A stretch of DNA of 64,000 nucleotides. Source: Eledone cirrhosa. Taxonomy: Eukaryota. The translations under genes and the position numbers were made by a program. Of the stretch, positions 42,056 through 56,459 are shown in pieces. Each line of letters opens with the position of its first letter. The stretch's first letter is position 1. Below the pieces are notes generated by a model. It worked only from the letters and a program-made list of their open reading frames with translations, did not search any database and was not told the DNA's origin. The stretch spans positions 8,680,001 to 8,744,000 of the forward strand of contig OZ024764.1 of assembly GCA_964016885.1 (NCBI GenBank). Reading direction: 5' to 3'.

Positions 42056-42581
42056 AATACTTTACTATTATACTCAAATACTCAGTCAAAGTATGACTCA
42101 TAACCTGTCGTGACAATCATGATACTCTAGATATGACTACCACATCGAAACAATGAAGGTGAAATTCGTTTTTCGTGTGTAAAGTTGTATCTTATCAGAA
42201 AACATGTCGTTAAATATTCATAAACTATAAAGACATGATATAAGCTTGAACTTGGGAACAATTAAATTAGGCAAGCTTTTAAAATAACTACGGTTTTTAT
42301 AAATTATGTAATGAAATCTACAAGTAATGGTATATAGATATATGTTTTTCGTTCACTTGTGTCTTCCCACGATGGGACTTGTTCCCTTTTTCTTTCCTAT
42401 TCTTTTTTCTATCCCCCCCCCCCTTTCTTCCTCTCTCCTCATCTCCCCCCCCCCCTCTCTTTTCCCTCCTTTCCCTATCTTTTGTTTTCTATCTCCTTTT
42501 TTCTCCCCCTTTTTTTCTCTCTCCTTTTCCTCCTGGCCTTTTGATTAATAAAAGGCCTCGGGCGCACCCGAACTCCACCGA

Positions 42582-42630
<49 letters not shown>

Positions 42631-42631
42631 T

Positions 42632-42669
<38 letters not shown>

Positions 42670-42675
42670 TATATT

Positions 42676-42735
<60 letters not shown>

Positions 42736-42775
42736 TATATATTTATATATATATATATTTATATATATATATTTA

Positions 42776-42872
<97 letters not shown>

Positions 42873-42901
42873 ATTTATATATACATATTTATATTTATAT
42901 A

Positions 42902-42941
<40 letters not shown>

Positions 42942-43093
42942 TGTATATATATTATATATTATATATTGGTGGTATTAAGTTAGACATGGCCTGGGCCAAT
43001 ACTGGCCAAAACCTATCAAAGTTATATATATTATATATATAAATATATATATCAACTAAGGTATCTCGAATATATATATATATGTGTGCGTGC

Positions 43094-43136
<43 letters not shown>

Positions 43137-43415
43137 CGTGCGTGTCTGTGCGTATATATATATATTTATATATATATATGTATGTTTGTATGCATATATA
43201 TATATATATATATTTAATATCATTGTATATTATACTCGAGAAAACTTGTTGAGTGCTCTGAATCAGTTATAAACAATTATATTTGTTGAATTACCAACAA
43301 ATTGAATATCCCTTTTGGTTATATATATATAACTATGAAGCTTGTGCCCTTCCTATCTACGGTTAGCTTTCCTCTTTGTTGTTTACTTGTCTCACTCGCT
43401 TTACGCGTTTTAATT

Positions 43416-43516
43416 GTCCTAATAACTTAATTTAGTTATTATTGCACCCACGTGAGGTATATGATTTTTAATGCAATGAAATATCTATGATCGTTGGCAA
43501 ATCACTGATGAGGGAC
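43416..43516 (+). ncRNA. Candidate non-circularly permuted hammerhead ribozyme, copy 2 (diverged, compensatory changes)
   Basis: GTCC TAATAACT taattt AGTTATTA TTGCA CCCACG tg AGGTAT A TGATTT ttaa TGCAA T GAA ATATCT atgat CGTTGG c AAATCA CTGATGA G GGAC. Confidence 0.62.
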
Positions 43517-43571
43517 TCATTTTATAACATGTTATCCATGTGCAACCTGCAGTATTCTTCTCCCCATTTTT

Positions 43572-43616
<45 letters not shown>

Positions 43617-43757
43617 TAACCTGCATGGGAATTCTCATAAACTCGCCACCTAACTAAGGAAAACTCTTATTGAGTCAAACAACGCCGTACGTTAAAACTA
43701 TCCAAAGTACAGAATACTCACAACCTCTAGCTTGATTACCTAAAACGATATATATAG

Positions 43758-44127
<370 letters not shown>

Positions 44128-44225
44128 AAGAGTTAAACAATATTCAATGATTATATCAAAGAATGAGTTTTACAGTAGATTGGAAGCACTCTATGAATAA
44201 TAATTTTCTAGAGTTATTAAGATTA

Positions 44226-44511
44226 AAATACAAATATTAATAAAATAGATGTTCCTTTGATCAATTACATTTTATTATACATATTTCAGATGTACAACAG
44301 TACGTCCTCATCAGACAAAATATAATGATACAAGACATTACCCTGAGATTTTAAATGGTTAAGATTTAATCAAGGTAGTATTTAACATCTCAGGGTATGT
44401 CATGTATCATTATATTTTGTCTGATGAGGACGTACTGTTGTACATCCGAAATATGTATAATAAAATGTAATTGATCAAAAGAACATCTATTTTATTAATA
44501 TTTGTATTTTT
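44226..44511. mobile_element. Fold-back element with an HHR in each arm (44269-44321 minus, 44414-44466 plus)
   Basis: About 125-bp inverted arms. Confidence 0.8.
44414..44466 (+). ncRNA. Type I hammerhead motif
   Basis: ATTTTGT-CTGATGA-GGACGTAC tgtt GTACATCC-GAAAT-ATGT-ATA-ATAAAAT. Confidence 0.82.
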
Positions 44512-44516
44512 ATATG

Positions 44517-44550
<34 letters not shown>

Positions 44551-44719
44551 CACATATATAGGTGTGTGTGTGTGTGTATGTGTTGATATTTAGAAGGTGT
44601 TGTGTGACATAAAGTAAAGTTATAAAATGAAATTATCTTGTAAGATTTTGAACTTTAGGACCCTTTAAAATAGTTAGTTTTCTTTTATAGAACCCTAATT
44701 AGTTTTGACTGGGTTAATA

Positions 44720-45625
44720 TAAAAAATTTATTTAAGAATTTTGAGAGGTTTGCAAAAACTATTAATCCTTTCATTACTAACATTTTGGTTCATTTATGAA
44801 ATTTTTTGGAAGATTTTAATTTAAAGGAAACTCTGTATTTCAATTAATCGATTAAACATTTTGAGGGATTTACTAATGAAATTATTATTTTATTACTAAG
44901 ATAGTAACTTAACATGGTTCTTATATAAAATTATGTTGGAAAATTTAAATTTAAACAGGAACAATGTATTTCAATTAATTAATGAAACATTTTGAGAGAT
45001 TTACTAAAATTATTAATTATTTCATTACTAAGACATTAACTTAACATATGGTTCTTATATAAAATTATGTTAGAAGATTTAAATTTGAATAGGAATGCTG
45101 TTTTCAATTAATTAACGAAGTATTTTGTGTGATTTACTACTAAGATTAATTATTTTATTACTAAGACAGTAACTTAACATATGGTTCTTATATAAAATTA
45201 TGTTGGAAGATTTAAATTTAAATAGGAACACTATTTCAATTAATTAACGAAGTATTTTGAGGGATTTACTACTAAAATTAATTATTTTAGTACTAAAATA
45301 GTAACTTAACATATAGTTCTTATATAAAATGATGTTAGAAGATTTAAATAGTAACACTATTTTAATTAATTAATGAAAAATTTTCAGAGATTTACTAAAA
45401 CTATTAATTATTGCAAGATAACAACTTAACATACAGTTCTTATATAAAAGTATGTTGGAAGGTTTTAATATAAATAGTAACACTATATTTCAATTAATTA
45501 AAAAAGAGTTGTTTATTAAAAAAGAGTTGATTAAAATTATTATTTCATTACTAAGATAGTAACTTAACATGTGGTTCTTATATAAAATTATGTTGGAAGA
45601 TTTTAATTTAAAGAGGAACACTTTC
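44720..45625. repeat. About 130-bp AT-rich diverged tandem repeat, about 7 copies
   Basis: actaagatagtaacttaacatatggttcttatataaaattatgttggaagat recurs. Confidence 0.85.
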
Positions 45626-45869
45626 AAGTCGGGAGGTTTCGTTTCATTGAAACCAGAGGCAGTTGGAAGAAAATAAACATTTGAGGGATTTAATAAAATC
45701 AATCATTATTTATAATGATCGAACATAAAATTCTGTGGGAATCAAAAGGGATAAAAAAAAGAAAGGATTTCATCAGAGACAAGGATTAAGAGGTTAGCTA
45801 ATAATTCGAAAACTGAAATACAACAGGTGCGCGTGGTTTTATTTCAAACATGTCACGACAAAAGGCATA

Positions 45870-46378
45870 CAAATAGATATGTTTCTTTATTAGCCACAGG
45901 GGCACAAAAGAAGGGGACAAATACAAAGGGGGAAGTTTACATACAATAAAAACGTGTAAAATGTTATCACAAATGCAATTTAAAAAATTAGTCGATTTTC
46001 CCCAATAGGGGGAGACATTACATATGGGTAACACATACCCCTCGAAAAAATGTGCAACCCTCATCTCCAGGAGTACGAAGAGTTTGTACTTCTTTCCTCT
46101 CCTCCTCCTTTTCCTCAACCTACAGGCTGATATAGAGAGAAGGCCCATTCACTCGGGCCATTCTCGCCACTTTCACCCACCTTTCATAAAACTTGCTGGG
46201 GTACAGCACCTCTCTCTCCATCCTGACTCTTCTTCCAAAGTGGTATTTGAAAAAAAAGGATCAGGTGTTGGCCGGAGAAAAAGGTGTCTGACCTCAGCCC
46301 TTTCAACCTCGTCCACCATATAACCTCTTTCACCATAGCTATCACACAGAGGAAAACCGCCTCTCCTTCGTTTTTGAT
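45870..46378 (-). mobile_element. 3' end of the L1/Tx1-like LINE
   Basis: Encodes [38 protein letters not shown], homologous to the 11.6 kb copy. Confidence 0.75.
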
Positions 46379-46572
46379 AGATATGCTGATATATGTATAT
46401 ATATGTATATATATAGACACGCTGACATACATACACACACACACACACACACATATATATTTATATATATATGTTATAAAGTCGTTTGTAAATGTGTACG
46501 TATGTATATATATATACATACACACACATATATATTTGTTTCATTTACAAACGATTTTTTATAACAGATATG

Positions 46573-46625
<53 letters not shown>

Positions 46626-46722
46626 TTATGCACAAACGTACACATTTACAAACGATTGTATAATATATAATTATACACATATATATATATATATACATAT
46701 ATACATATATATATATATACAC

Positions 46723-46756
<34 letters not shown>

Positions 46757-46828
46757 GTGTGTATACATATATATATGTATACATATATACATATATATAT
46801 ATATAAATATATATATATGTATATATAC

Positions 46829-46863
<35 letters not shown>

Positions 46864-47110
46864 CAAAATTAAGTTAAATTAAGGGTGTCATGTCAGATAG
46901 ACATGCGCAATGAATAGATCCGGGCATTTTATATCAACTAGAAATTGATTGACATATAAATATATCTAAAATAATCACATGAAACAATCATAGGGGATAA
47001 TTTGTAAAAGTGTGTAAACACACATAGCTATGTAGGTAACTAATTAAAGTTTAACTAGAACTTCAAAAATAGATATCTTATAAATTGATTAATCTGTGTA
47101 ACATATATAT

Positions 47111-47616
<506 letters not shown>

Positions 47617-47829
47617 AATTAGTATATCTACCAACATATATATACAGATGCATACCTATGCTAGCAAATATATAGGTTTTGTCTTAGTAACTTTGTGGTT
47701 CAATGTAAGGGGATGCAGAACAATTATATGAAAGACGTAAAATAAGAAAATTATAAAAATTAACTTACTTACTAAATTATAGAAATTTTAGTAAGTAAGT
47801 TAATTTTTATAATTTTCTTATTTTACGTC

Positions 47830-47865
<36 letters not shown>

Positions 47866-47866
<1 letters not shown>

Positions 47867-48061
47867 AGGAAGGAAATGTGGTAAGGAACCAGGTGGACCA
47901 TAACGCACCAAAGTACTCAATACTTAGGGTAGTAGAGTGGGTAATAGGAACGAGTAGGACCCCGACGGCTGAGCTCAAGCCGTTTCGACGGCTAATTCTG
48001 TAGTCCAGAATTAGCCGTCGAAACGGCTTGAGCTCAGCCGTCGGGGTCCTACTCGTTCCTA
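47866..48061. mobile_element. Family B hairpin element
   Basis: Tail plus inverted arms, in (TA)n. Confidence 0.85.
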
Positions 48062-48242
48062 TATATATTTATATATATTTGTATATATATATATATATTG
48101 TATATATATATATTACACATACACACACACATATATATATATCATATATATATTATATATATAAAGACCATACATATATGTGTAGAGCATATATATTTAT
48201 TATAGATATATATTATACATATACATCATATATTATGTATAC

Positions 48243-48433
48243 TGGCGGATTGGCAGTATCGGTAGAGGGTCGGACGCCATGCTTTACAGCATAGAGTTAC
48301 GGCCCTTTATGGTCTGAGTGCAAATCCTGCCGAGGAGGTTAACTTTGCCTTTCATCCTTACGGGGTCGATAAAATAAAGTACCAGTAATGCACTGGGGTA
48401 ATTGCTAGCCTTGAGCCTAAAGTAGAAACAATT
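48243..48433 (+). mobile_element. SINE family 1
   Basis: A box and conserved centre. Confidence 0.88.
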
Positions 48434-48561
48434 GTGTATACAGTGGAACATGTAAAATACCTTATTGAGTGCTTAGCTGCACATCCCGACTGCATTCGTG
48501 AGCTTAGCTGCAGCCAGAGCTTTTGCTGTACTTCCTTTTGTGTGTATATATATATATATAT

Positions 48562-48593
<32 letters not shown>

Positions 48594-48594
<1 letters not shown>

Positions 48595-48817
48595 GGAACC
48601 AGTAAGACCCCGACAGCTGAGCTCAAGCCGTTTCGACGGCTAATTCTGGACTAGAATTAGTAGTCCAGACTAGAATCTGTAGTCCAGAATTAGCCGTCGA
48701 AACGGCTTGAGCTCAGCTGTCGGGGTCTTACTGGTTCCTATTACCCACTCTACTACCTCAAGTATTGAGTACTTTGGTGCGTTATGGTCCACCTGGTTCC
48801 TTACCACATTTCCTTCG

Positions 48818-48820
<3 letters not shown>
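48594..48820. mobile_element. Family B hairpin element with an expanded apex
   Basis: Apex ctggactagaattagtagtccagactagaatctgtagtccag. Confidence 0.85.
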
Positions 48821-48848
<28 letters not shown>

Positions 48849-48852
<4 letters not shown>

Positions 48853-49338
48853 AACTCTGGATGTCGGTGAGCATGTCCAGCTAACCTCAGTCTCCTCTGT
48901 GTCACTTTTGAGCTGACTTTTGGGAGGCTCCCGTATAGCTCTGAGTTCTCCATCCTCAGTGTATACTGGTTAATGTTCAGAGCCATCCTCAGCATTCTCG
49001 TGTAGCACCCATCCACCATCTGAGTGAGTTTCTTGGTCAGTGTCCAAGTCTCAGGCCCGTACAGCAGCACAGACTCCACTACAGCAATGAAGAGGCGGAT
49101 TTTCAGGTTTTTACGAAGGTCCGACTTCCACACCGACATCCAGAGTTGACATTGCTCTCGGTGCTCCTGTGGGAACCCCTACATGGACACACTAGAAGCG
49201 GAAGACCAAGGTTAACGTATGTTGATGCCCTAAGGACAGACACTGGTCTGTTGGAGACGCAGGACATGGCAGCGATAATGAGGGACAGAGACCGCTGGAG
49301 AGAACTCGTCCATGGATCTCGGGAATTTTACTCGCCTT

Positions 49339-49340
<2 letters not shown>
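48849..49340. mobile_element. RTE-clade LINE 3' end with a 5' inversion
   Basis: Minus: VWKSDLRKNLKIRLFIAVVESVLLYGPETWTLTK...RHPELT; plus: RHPELTLLSVLLWEP...REFYSP-stop. Confidence 0.9.
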
Positions 49341-49401
<61 letters not shown>

Positions 49402-49405
<4 letters not shown>

Positions 49406-49838
49406 AAAGTTCTATTTAAAGTTGTTGGGATACAACAAGTAAATATTTTTATAACTGATATAAAGCACTCGACAAATTTTTGGAGTAGATATACGATATT
49501 AATAAATGGAAACTATATTTATAAAACCATATTTATTTCATTATACATATTTCAGGGATACCACATTAAATTAAGGTATGCCTTCATCAGACAAAATACA
49601 ATATATAACAGTTTTACAAATAGGTTTGACGTACCCTTTTAAAATACAACCATTACTATCCAGACAGCCTCCAAAAGTAATGGTTGTATTTTAAAAGGGT
49701 ACGTCAAACCTATTTGTAAAACTGTTATATATTGTATTTTGTCTGATGAAGGCATACCATAATTTAATGTGGTATCCCTGAAATATGTATAATGAAATAA
49801 ATATGGTTTTATAAATATAGTTTCCATTTATTAATATC

Positions 49839-49842
<4 letters not shown>
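49402..49842. mobile_element. Family A fold-back element (HHRs at 49536-49596 minus and 49737-49797 plus)
   Basis: About 165-bp inverted arms plus tail on the left; in (TA)n. Confidence 0.85.
49737..49797 (+). ncRNA. Type I hammerhead motif
   Basis: TTTTGT-CTGATGA-AGGCATACCATA..TGTGGTATCCCT-GAAAT-ATGT-ATA-ATGAAA. Confidence 0.8.
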
Positions 49843-49887
<45 letters not shown>

Positions 49888-49890
<3 letters not shown>

Positions 49891-50192
49891 CGAAGGAGGT
49901 GTGGTAAGGAACAAGATGGACCATAACGCACCAGAGTACTCAATACTTAGGGTAGTAGAGTGAGTAATAGGTAAATGTTTGACCCCGAAGGCAGAGTTCA
50001 AGTCGTTTTGACGGCTATTTCTGGACTTGAAATATATATATATATCAGAATGGAGGCAGTAAAAACCAGTTAGACCTTTACTAACCAAAGTACTCGATAT
50101 TTGGGGTAGTAGAGTGGGTAATAGGAAAATTCAATTGGTTCGGATCTAGCTGTTGAAACGGCCGGAGCTCAGCCGTCTGGGTCCTGAATCTT
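49888..50192. mobile_element. Two diverged family B fragments
   Basis: Tail homology at 49888-50030 and 50084-50190. Confidence 0.7.
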
Positions 50193-50449
50193 TCATATAT
50201 ATATATGTATATATATACATACATACACACATATATATATATATATATATATACATACATATATGGATACACACACACACACATATATATATATACATAC
50301 TTATATACATGTATATATATATATATGCATACACACACACACACTCACACACATATATACATATACGTTATTTTGTTTGTTTATATATATATATATATAT
50401 ACATACACAACACACACACATATATATATATATATATACATACACATAG

Positions 50450-50503
<54 letters not shown>

Positions 50504-50598
50504 CACATAGACGCACACACACATATATATATATACATACACATACACACATACACACACATACACACATATATATATATATATACATACACCCCCCC

Positions 50599-50639
<41 letters not shown>

Positions 50640-50767
50640 ACACACCCACATAGACGCACACACACATATATATATATACATACACATACACACAGACACA
50701 CACATACACACATATATATATATATATACATACACACCCTCACAGACACCCCCACAGACACACACAC

Positions 50768-50820
<53 letters not shown>

Positions 50821-51069
50821 CATGCGTTCGATTAAATAAATATATGGATATTTGATGTATACATGAATACCTGATAATGTACACATGTACATACGGCTAT
50901 ATAAACAGCAGTGTGTATATACACATGTATTTACTGAAAGTGTGTATACTGAATGAAAGGAAACCATATTTTATGGAGGATTTGTTTCAGTCGTCTGGCG
51001 AGAAATATGACCAGACCAGCTCTTCGTCTCTGTCTACCACCCAGATATTTACACACACATACACACACA

Positions 51070-52264
<1,195 letters not shown>

Positions 52265-52319
52265 TTTCTGCTGCTTAAACCATTTTGTTTGTTTACCCTA
52301 GCGTCCCCTTTATTTACGT

Positions 52320-52421
52320 GTCCCAACGTCTTTTTTTTAGCCGTTGCTCGCACCAACCTGAGGTATATGGCCTTTAATGCGACGAAATGCCTACGACGGT
52401 TGGATGGCCACTGATGAGGAC
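52320..52421 (+). ncRNA. Candidate non-circularly permuted hammerhead ribozyme, copy 3
   Basis: GTCC CAACG..CGTTG c TCGCA CCAACC tg AGGTAT A TGGCC tttaa TGCGA C GAA ATGCCT acgac GGTTGG at GGCCA CTGATGA GGAC. Confidence 0.62.
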
Positions 52422-52476
52422 GAACTTTTTCATATGTAACCCATTTGCAGCGCCGCAGTTCCATTATTATCATATT

Positions 52477-52530
<54 letters not shown>

Positions 52531-52533
<3 letters not shown>

Positions 52534-52726
52534 CGAAGGAAATGTGGTAAGGAACCAGGTGGACCATAACGCACCAAAGTACTCAATACTTGAGGTAGTA
52601 GAGTGGGTAATAGGAACCAGTAAGACCCCGACAGCTGAGCTCAAGCCGTTTCGACGGCTAATTCTGGACTAGTCCAGAATTAGCCGTCGAAACGGCTTGA
52701 GCTCAGCTGTCGGGGTCTTACTGGTT

Positions 52727-52730
<4 letters not shown>
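52531..52730. mobile_element. Family B hairpin element
   Basis: Perfectly palindromic apex ctggactagtccag. Confidence 0.88.
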
Positions 52731-52802
<72 letters not shown>

Positions 52803-53226
52803 AATATAAATTAGCGAGAATCGTTTTCAGCTCAGGAATTAACGAAAATCAACGTCCGAGATGTGTGGCAAGAGCTCGATGAATCATATGAATCAGAGCT
52901 ACAACATACGTTAAGGGCCAAACACACTGAGATGATGGTTAAACATATCATCCGCACAGCCAAAATGAAAACGACCAAGTAATTCGGGTCAAACAATAAA
53001 AATATATGTGTTGATACTTTCCCTATATATATATATATATGTGTTGATACTTTCCCTATATATATATATATATATATGATACTTTCCCTATATATATATA
53101 TATGTGTGTTGATACTTTCCCTATATATATATATATATATGATACTTTCCCTATATATATATATATGATACTTTCCCTATATATATATATATGATACTTT
53201 CCCTATATATATATATATGATACTTT

Positions 53227-53265
<39 letters not shown>

Positions 53266-53268
53266 AAT

Positions 53269-53309
<41 letters not shown>

Positions 53310-53456
53310 GTGTGTATATGTAACCCATATATATATATATATGTAACCCATATATATATATTGTATGTATATGTAACCCATATATATATATATTGTGTGT
53401 GTATATGTATATATATATATATATTATGTGTGTATATATATATATAGTGATATATA

Positions 53457-53529
<73 letters not shown>

Positions 53530-53533
<4 letters not shown>

Positions 53534-53645
53534 CAGATTTACCCGGCGTTGCTCGGGGTTTGAAATTATGCTAAGAATATACAGCTAGGAAGTAAAAGAA
53601 GAAAATTATTTGTCCCCAACCTGTCAAAATAAGCAGAAGTCTTCA
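53530..53645 (+). mobile_element. Possible Helitron-like non-autonomous element 5' end
   Basis: tagcagatttacccggcgttgctcggg resembles the TAGC...CCCGGCGTTGCYCGG start of metazoan Helitron derivatives. Confidence 0.4.
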
Positions 53646-53652
53646 ATAAATA

Positions 53653-53832
53653 ATTGTGTCTACGTTAGGCACAAGGCCAGCAATTACCCAGTGCATTACT
53701 GGTACTTTATTTTATCGACCCCGTAAGGATGAAAGGCAAAGTTAACCTCGGCGGGATTTGAACTCAGAATGGCAAGGGCCGTAACTCTATACGTCAAAGC
53801 ATGGCGTCCGACCCTCTCCCAATACTGCCAAT
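53653..53832 (-). mobile_element. SINE family 1
   Basis: Matches the other family 1 copies. Confidence 0.88.
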
Positions 53833-54214
53833 CAATAATTAATGCAAACGAATATTTAGTGCAATCTTTGTACACATAAAACTATGCTGATGATGAAGGA
53901 AAACACTGAACAAGACACTTTAGAAAAAATAATTTTGCTATCGATTTTTTATTGCCCAACGTGGGTCGGACGTAAAGGGCCATAACTGTGCTGCAAAGCT
54001 TGGTGTCTGACGCTCTACCGATCTGAGGCCGGCAAATACAGTATATTAATAATTTAGCGTTAAAAAACGTGAAAAAATATATATTGCCACTAAATACGCC
54101 ATTAAAATATCGCGGAATATATTTACGATTCCGCGAATATGTAGTGGTTTCCATGAACAATTATTAGTTAGGCTCTAAGGAAAATTCCACGAATATATGG
54201 GACTGCCACAAGCA

Positions 54215-54953
54215 ACAGTTATATATACAGTTATATATACAGTTATATATACAGTTATATATACAGTTATATATAGTTATATATGCAGTTATATATACAG
54301 TTATATATACAGTTATATATACTGTTATATATACAGTTATATATACAGTTATATATACAGTTATATATACAGTTATATATACTGTTATATATACAGTTAT
54401 ATATACAGTTATATATACAGTTATATATACAGTTATATATAGTTATATATACAGTTATATATACAGTTATATATACAGTTATATATACTGTTATATATAC
54501 AGTTATATATACAGTTATATATGGTTGAGTGGTTAGAGAATTGGATTCACAATCTTGAGGTTGTGGACCGGGCGATGCGTTATGTCCTTGAGCAAGACAC
54601 TTTACTTTACGTTGCTCCTACCTGGAGTTGCGACCGATAGATAGTATTAGCAACTGGAAAGACAAACGGAAACATTGTTTCCTCGGTCCGATTAGACGAA
54701 AGTCGATCGTTCCTAAAAAATATACAGTTATATATACAGTTATATATACAGTTATATATACAGTTATATACACAGTTATATATACAGTTATATACACAGT
54801 TATATATACAGTTATATATACAGTTATATATACAGTTATATATACAGTTATATACACAGTTATATATACAGTTATATATACAGTTATATATACAGTTATA
54901 TATACAGTTATATATACAGTTATATATATAGTTATATATACAGTTATATATAT
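54215..54953. repeat. 12-bp tandem repeat (acagttatatat)n interrupted by a SINE family 2 copy (54522-54720, +)
   Basis: Direct inspection. Confidence 0.92.
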
Positions 54954-54956
54954 CAG

Positions 54957-55235
54957 TCCCAAATGATGGCCCTTCAACTTTGATGTCAATTTAGGAAAGA
55001 GACAGAAATTCCAGGGAGCTCGATCTGGGTTTTAAGGAAGATGTGGAAGAGTGGGGATGTTTTTCTTAGCCAGAAATTCTCTAATTAAAAGTGTCGTCTG
55101 CGCAGCCGCATTATCACGGCGCAGACTCCAAACCCCCGCACTGTCCTTTCATACTCGCTGGACCCGTTTTAGAAGTCGTTCCAAGCGATTAACTATCTAT
55201 CCTGGAGGTACAAATTCTTTGTGCAGGATACCTCG
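54957..55235 (-). pseudogene. Mariner transposase fragment (C-terminal catalytic part)
   Basis: GILHKEFVPPG...DNAAAQTTLLIREFLAKKNIPTLPHLP*NPDRAPWNFCLFPKL, a degraded HDNA..H / YSPDLAP.DF.LF. Confidence 0.8.
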
Positions 55236-55430
55236 GCGGCGGCGGTGGCTTCTTCTTCTTGGGAGGGTCTTGTCAGAAGCAACCATCTCAAGCTGATCCG
55301 GCTGGATCCCCAAGCGAGACAAGCCAAGCTTATAGATGTTATCCAGCCATCTTGCTCGCGGTCTACCCCTGAGTATCCTATCTGTTGTGTTCGCCCATAA
55401 AATCTGTCCAGTAATTCTAACCACATATCT
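55236..55430 (-). mobile_element. RTE-clade LINE 3' end (second family)
   Basis: GQILWANTTDRILRGRPRARWLDNIYKL; tail agaagaagaa. Confidence 0.7.
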
Positions 55431-56321
55431 GTAGTATCAGAGCTGTGATCTCTCCATCTAGAGGTTCTTTCCTGAGACATCTAACCACATGTCTGTAGTA
55501 TCAGAGCTGTGATCTCTCAATTCAGAGAATCTTTCCTGAGACATTCTAACCACATGTCTGTAGTATCAGAGCTGTGATCTCTCAGTTCAGAGATTCTTTC
55601 CTGAGACATTCTAACCACATGTCTGTAGTATCAGAGCTGTGATCTCTCCATCTAGAGATTCTTTCCTGAGACATCTAACCACATGTCTGTAGTATCAGAG
55701 CTGTGATCTCTCAATTCAGAGATTCTTTCCTCAGACATTCTAACCACATGTCTGTAGTATCAGAGCTGTGATCTCTCAATTCAGAGATTCTTTCCTCAGA
55801 CATTCTAACCACATGTCTGTAGTATCAGAGCTGTGATCTCTCAATTCAGAGATTCTTTCCTCAGACATTCTAACCACATGTCTGTAGTATCAGAGCTGTG
55901 ATCTCTCAATTCAGAGATTCTTTCCTGAGACATTCTAACCACATGTCTGTAGTATCAGAGCTGTGATCTCTCAGTTCAGAGATTCTTTCCTGAGACATTC
56001 TAACCACATGTCTGTAGTATCAGAGCTGTGATCTCTCGGTTCAGAGATTCTTTCCTGAGACATTCTAACCACATGTCTGTAGTATCAGAGCTGTGATCTC
56101 TCAATTCAGAGATTCTTTCCTCAGACATTCTAACCACATGTCTGTAGTATCAGAGCTGTGATCTCTCAATTCAGAGATTCTTTCCTCAGACATTCTAACC
56201 ACATGTCTGTAGTATCAGAGCTGTGATCTCTCAATTCAGAGATTCTTTCCTGAGACATTCTAACCACATGTCTGTAGTATCAGAGCTGTGATCTCTCAAT
56301 TCAGCGATTCTTTCCTCAGAC
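55413..56321. repeat. 65-bp minisatellite, about 14 copies, derived from RTE coding sequence
   Basis: Unit attctaaccacatgtctgtagtatcagagctgtgatctctcaattcagagattctttcctgagac; minus strand reads IERSQL*YYRHVVRMSQERI. Confidence 0.93.
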
Positions 56322-56410
56322 ATACCACGGCCGTCGAAAAAAATGACAATCATAGTTTTACCCTGGATTTACTCATGCAAACTTTCTTCAGACGAGGGGA
56401 AATTTTCCTA
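56322..56410 (-). pseudogene. Mariner transposase fragment (middle)
   Basis: SPRLKKVCMSKSRVK..MIVIFFDGRG. Confidence 0.75.
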
Positions 56411-56459
56411 GGAGCATTGGATTTGGTGTACTTCATATTTGTTTCGGTTGCTGAATACA

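Noticed and set aside
43478-43512. Box C/D snoRNA reading of atgat...ctga in the three-copy repeat
   Set aside because: Box C is not conserved in the 52.3 kb copy; the covarying helices fit a hammerhead core better.
53885-53905. CTGATGA followed by GAAAAC
   Set aside because: No stem I, II or III pairing around it.
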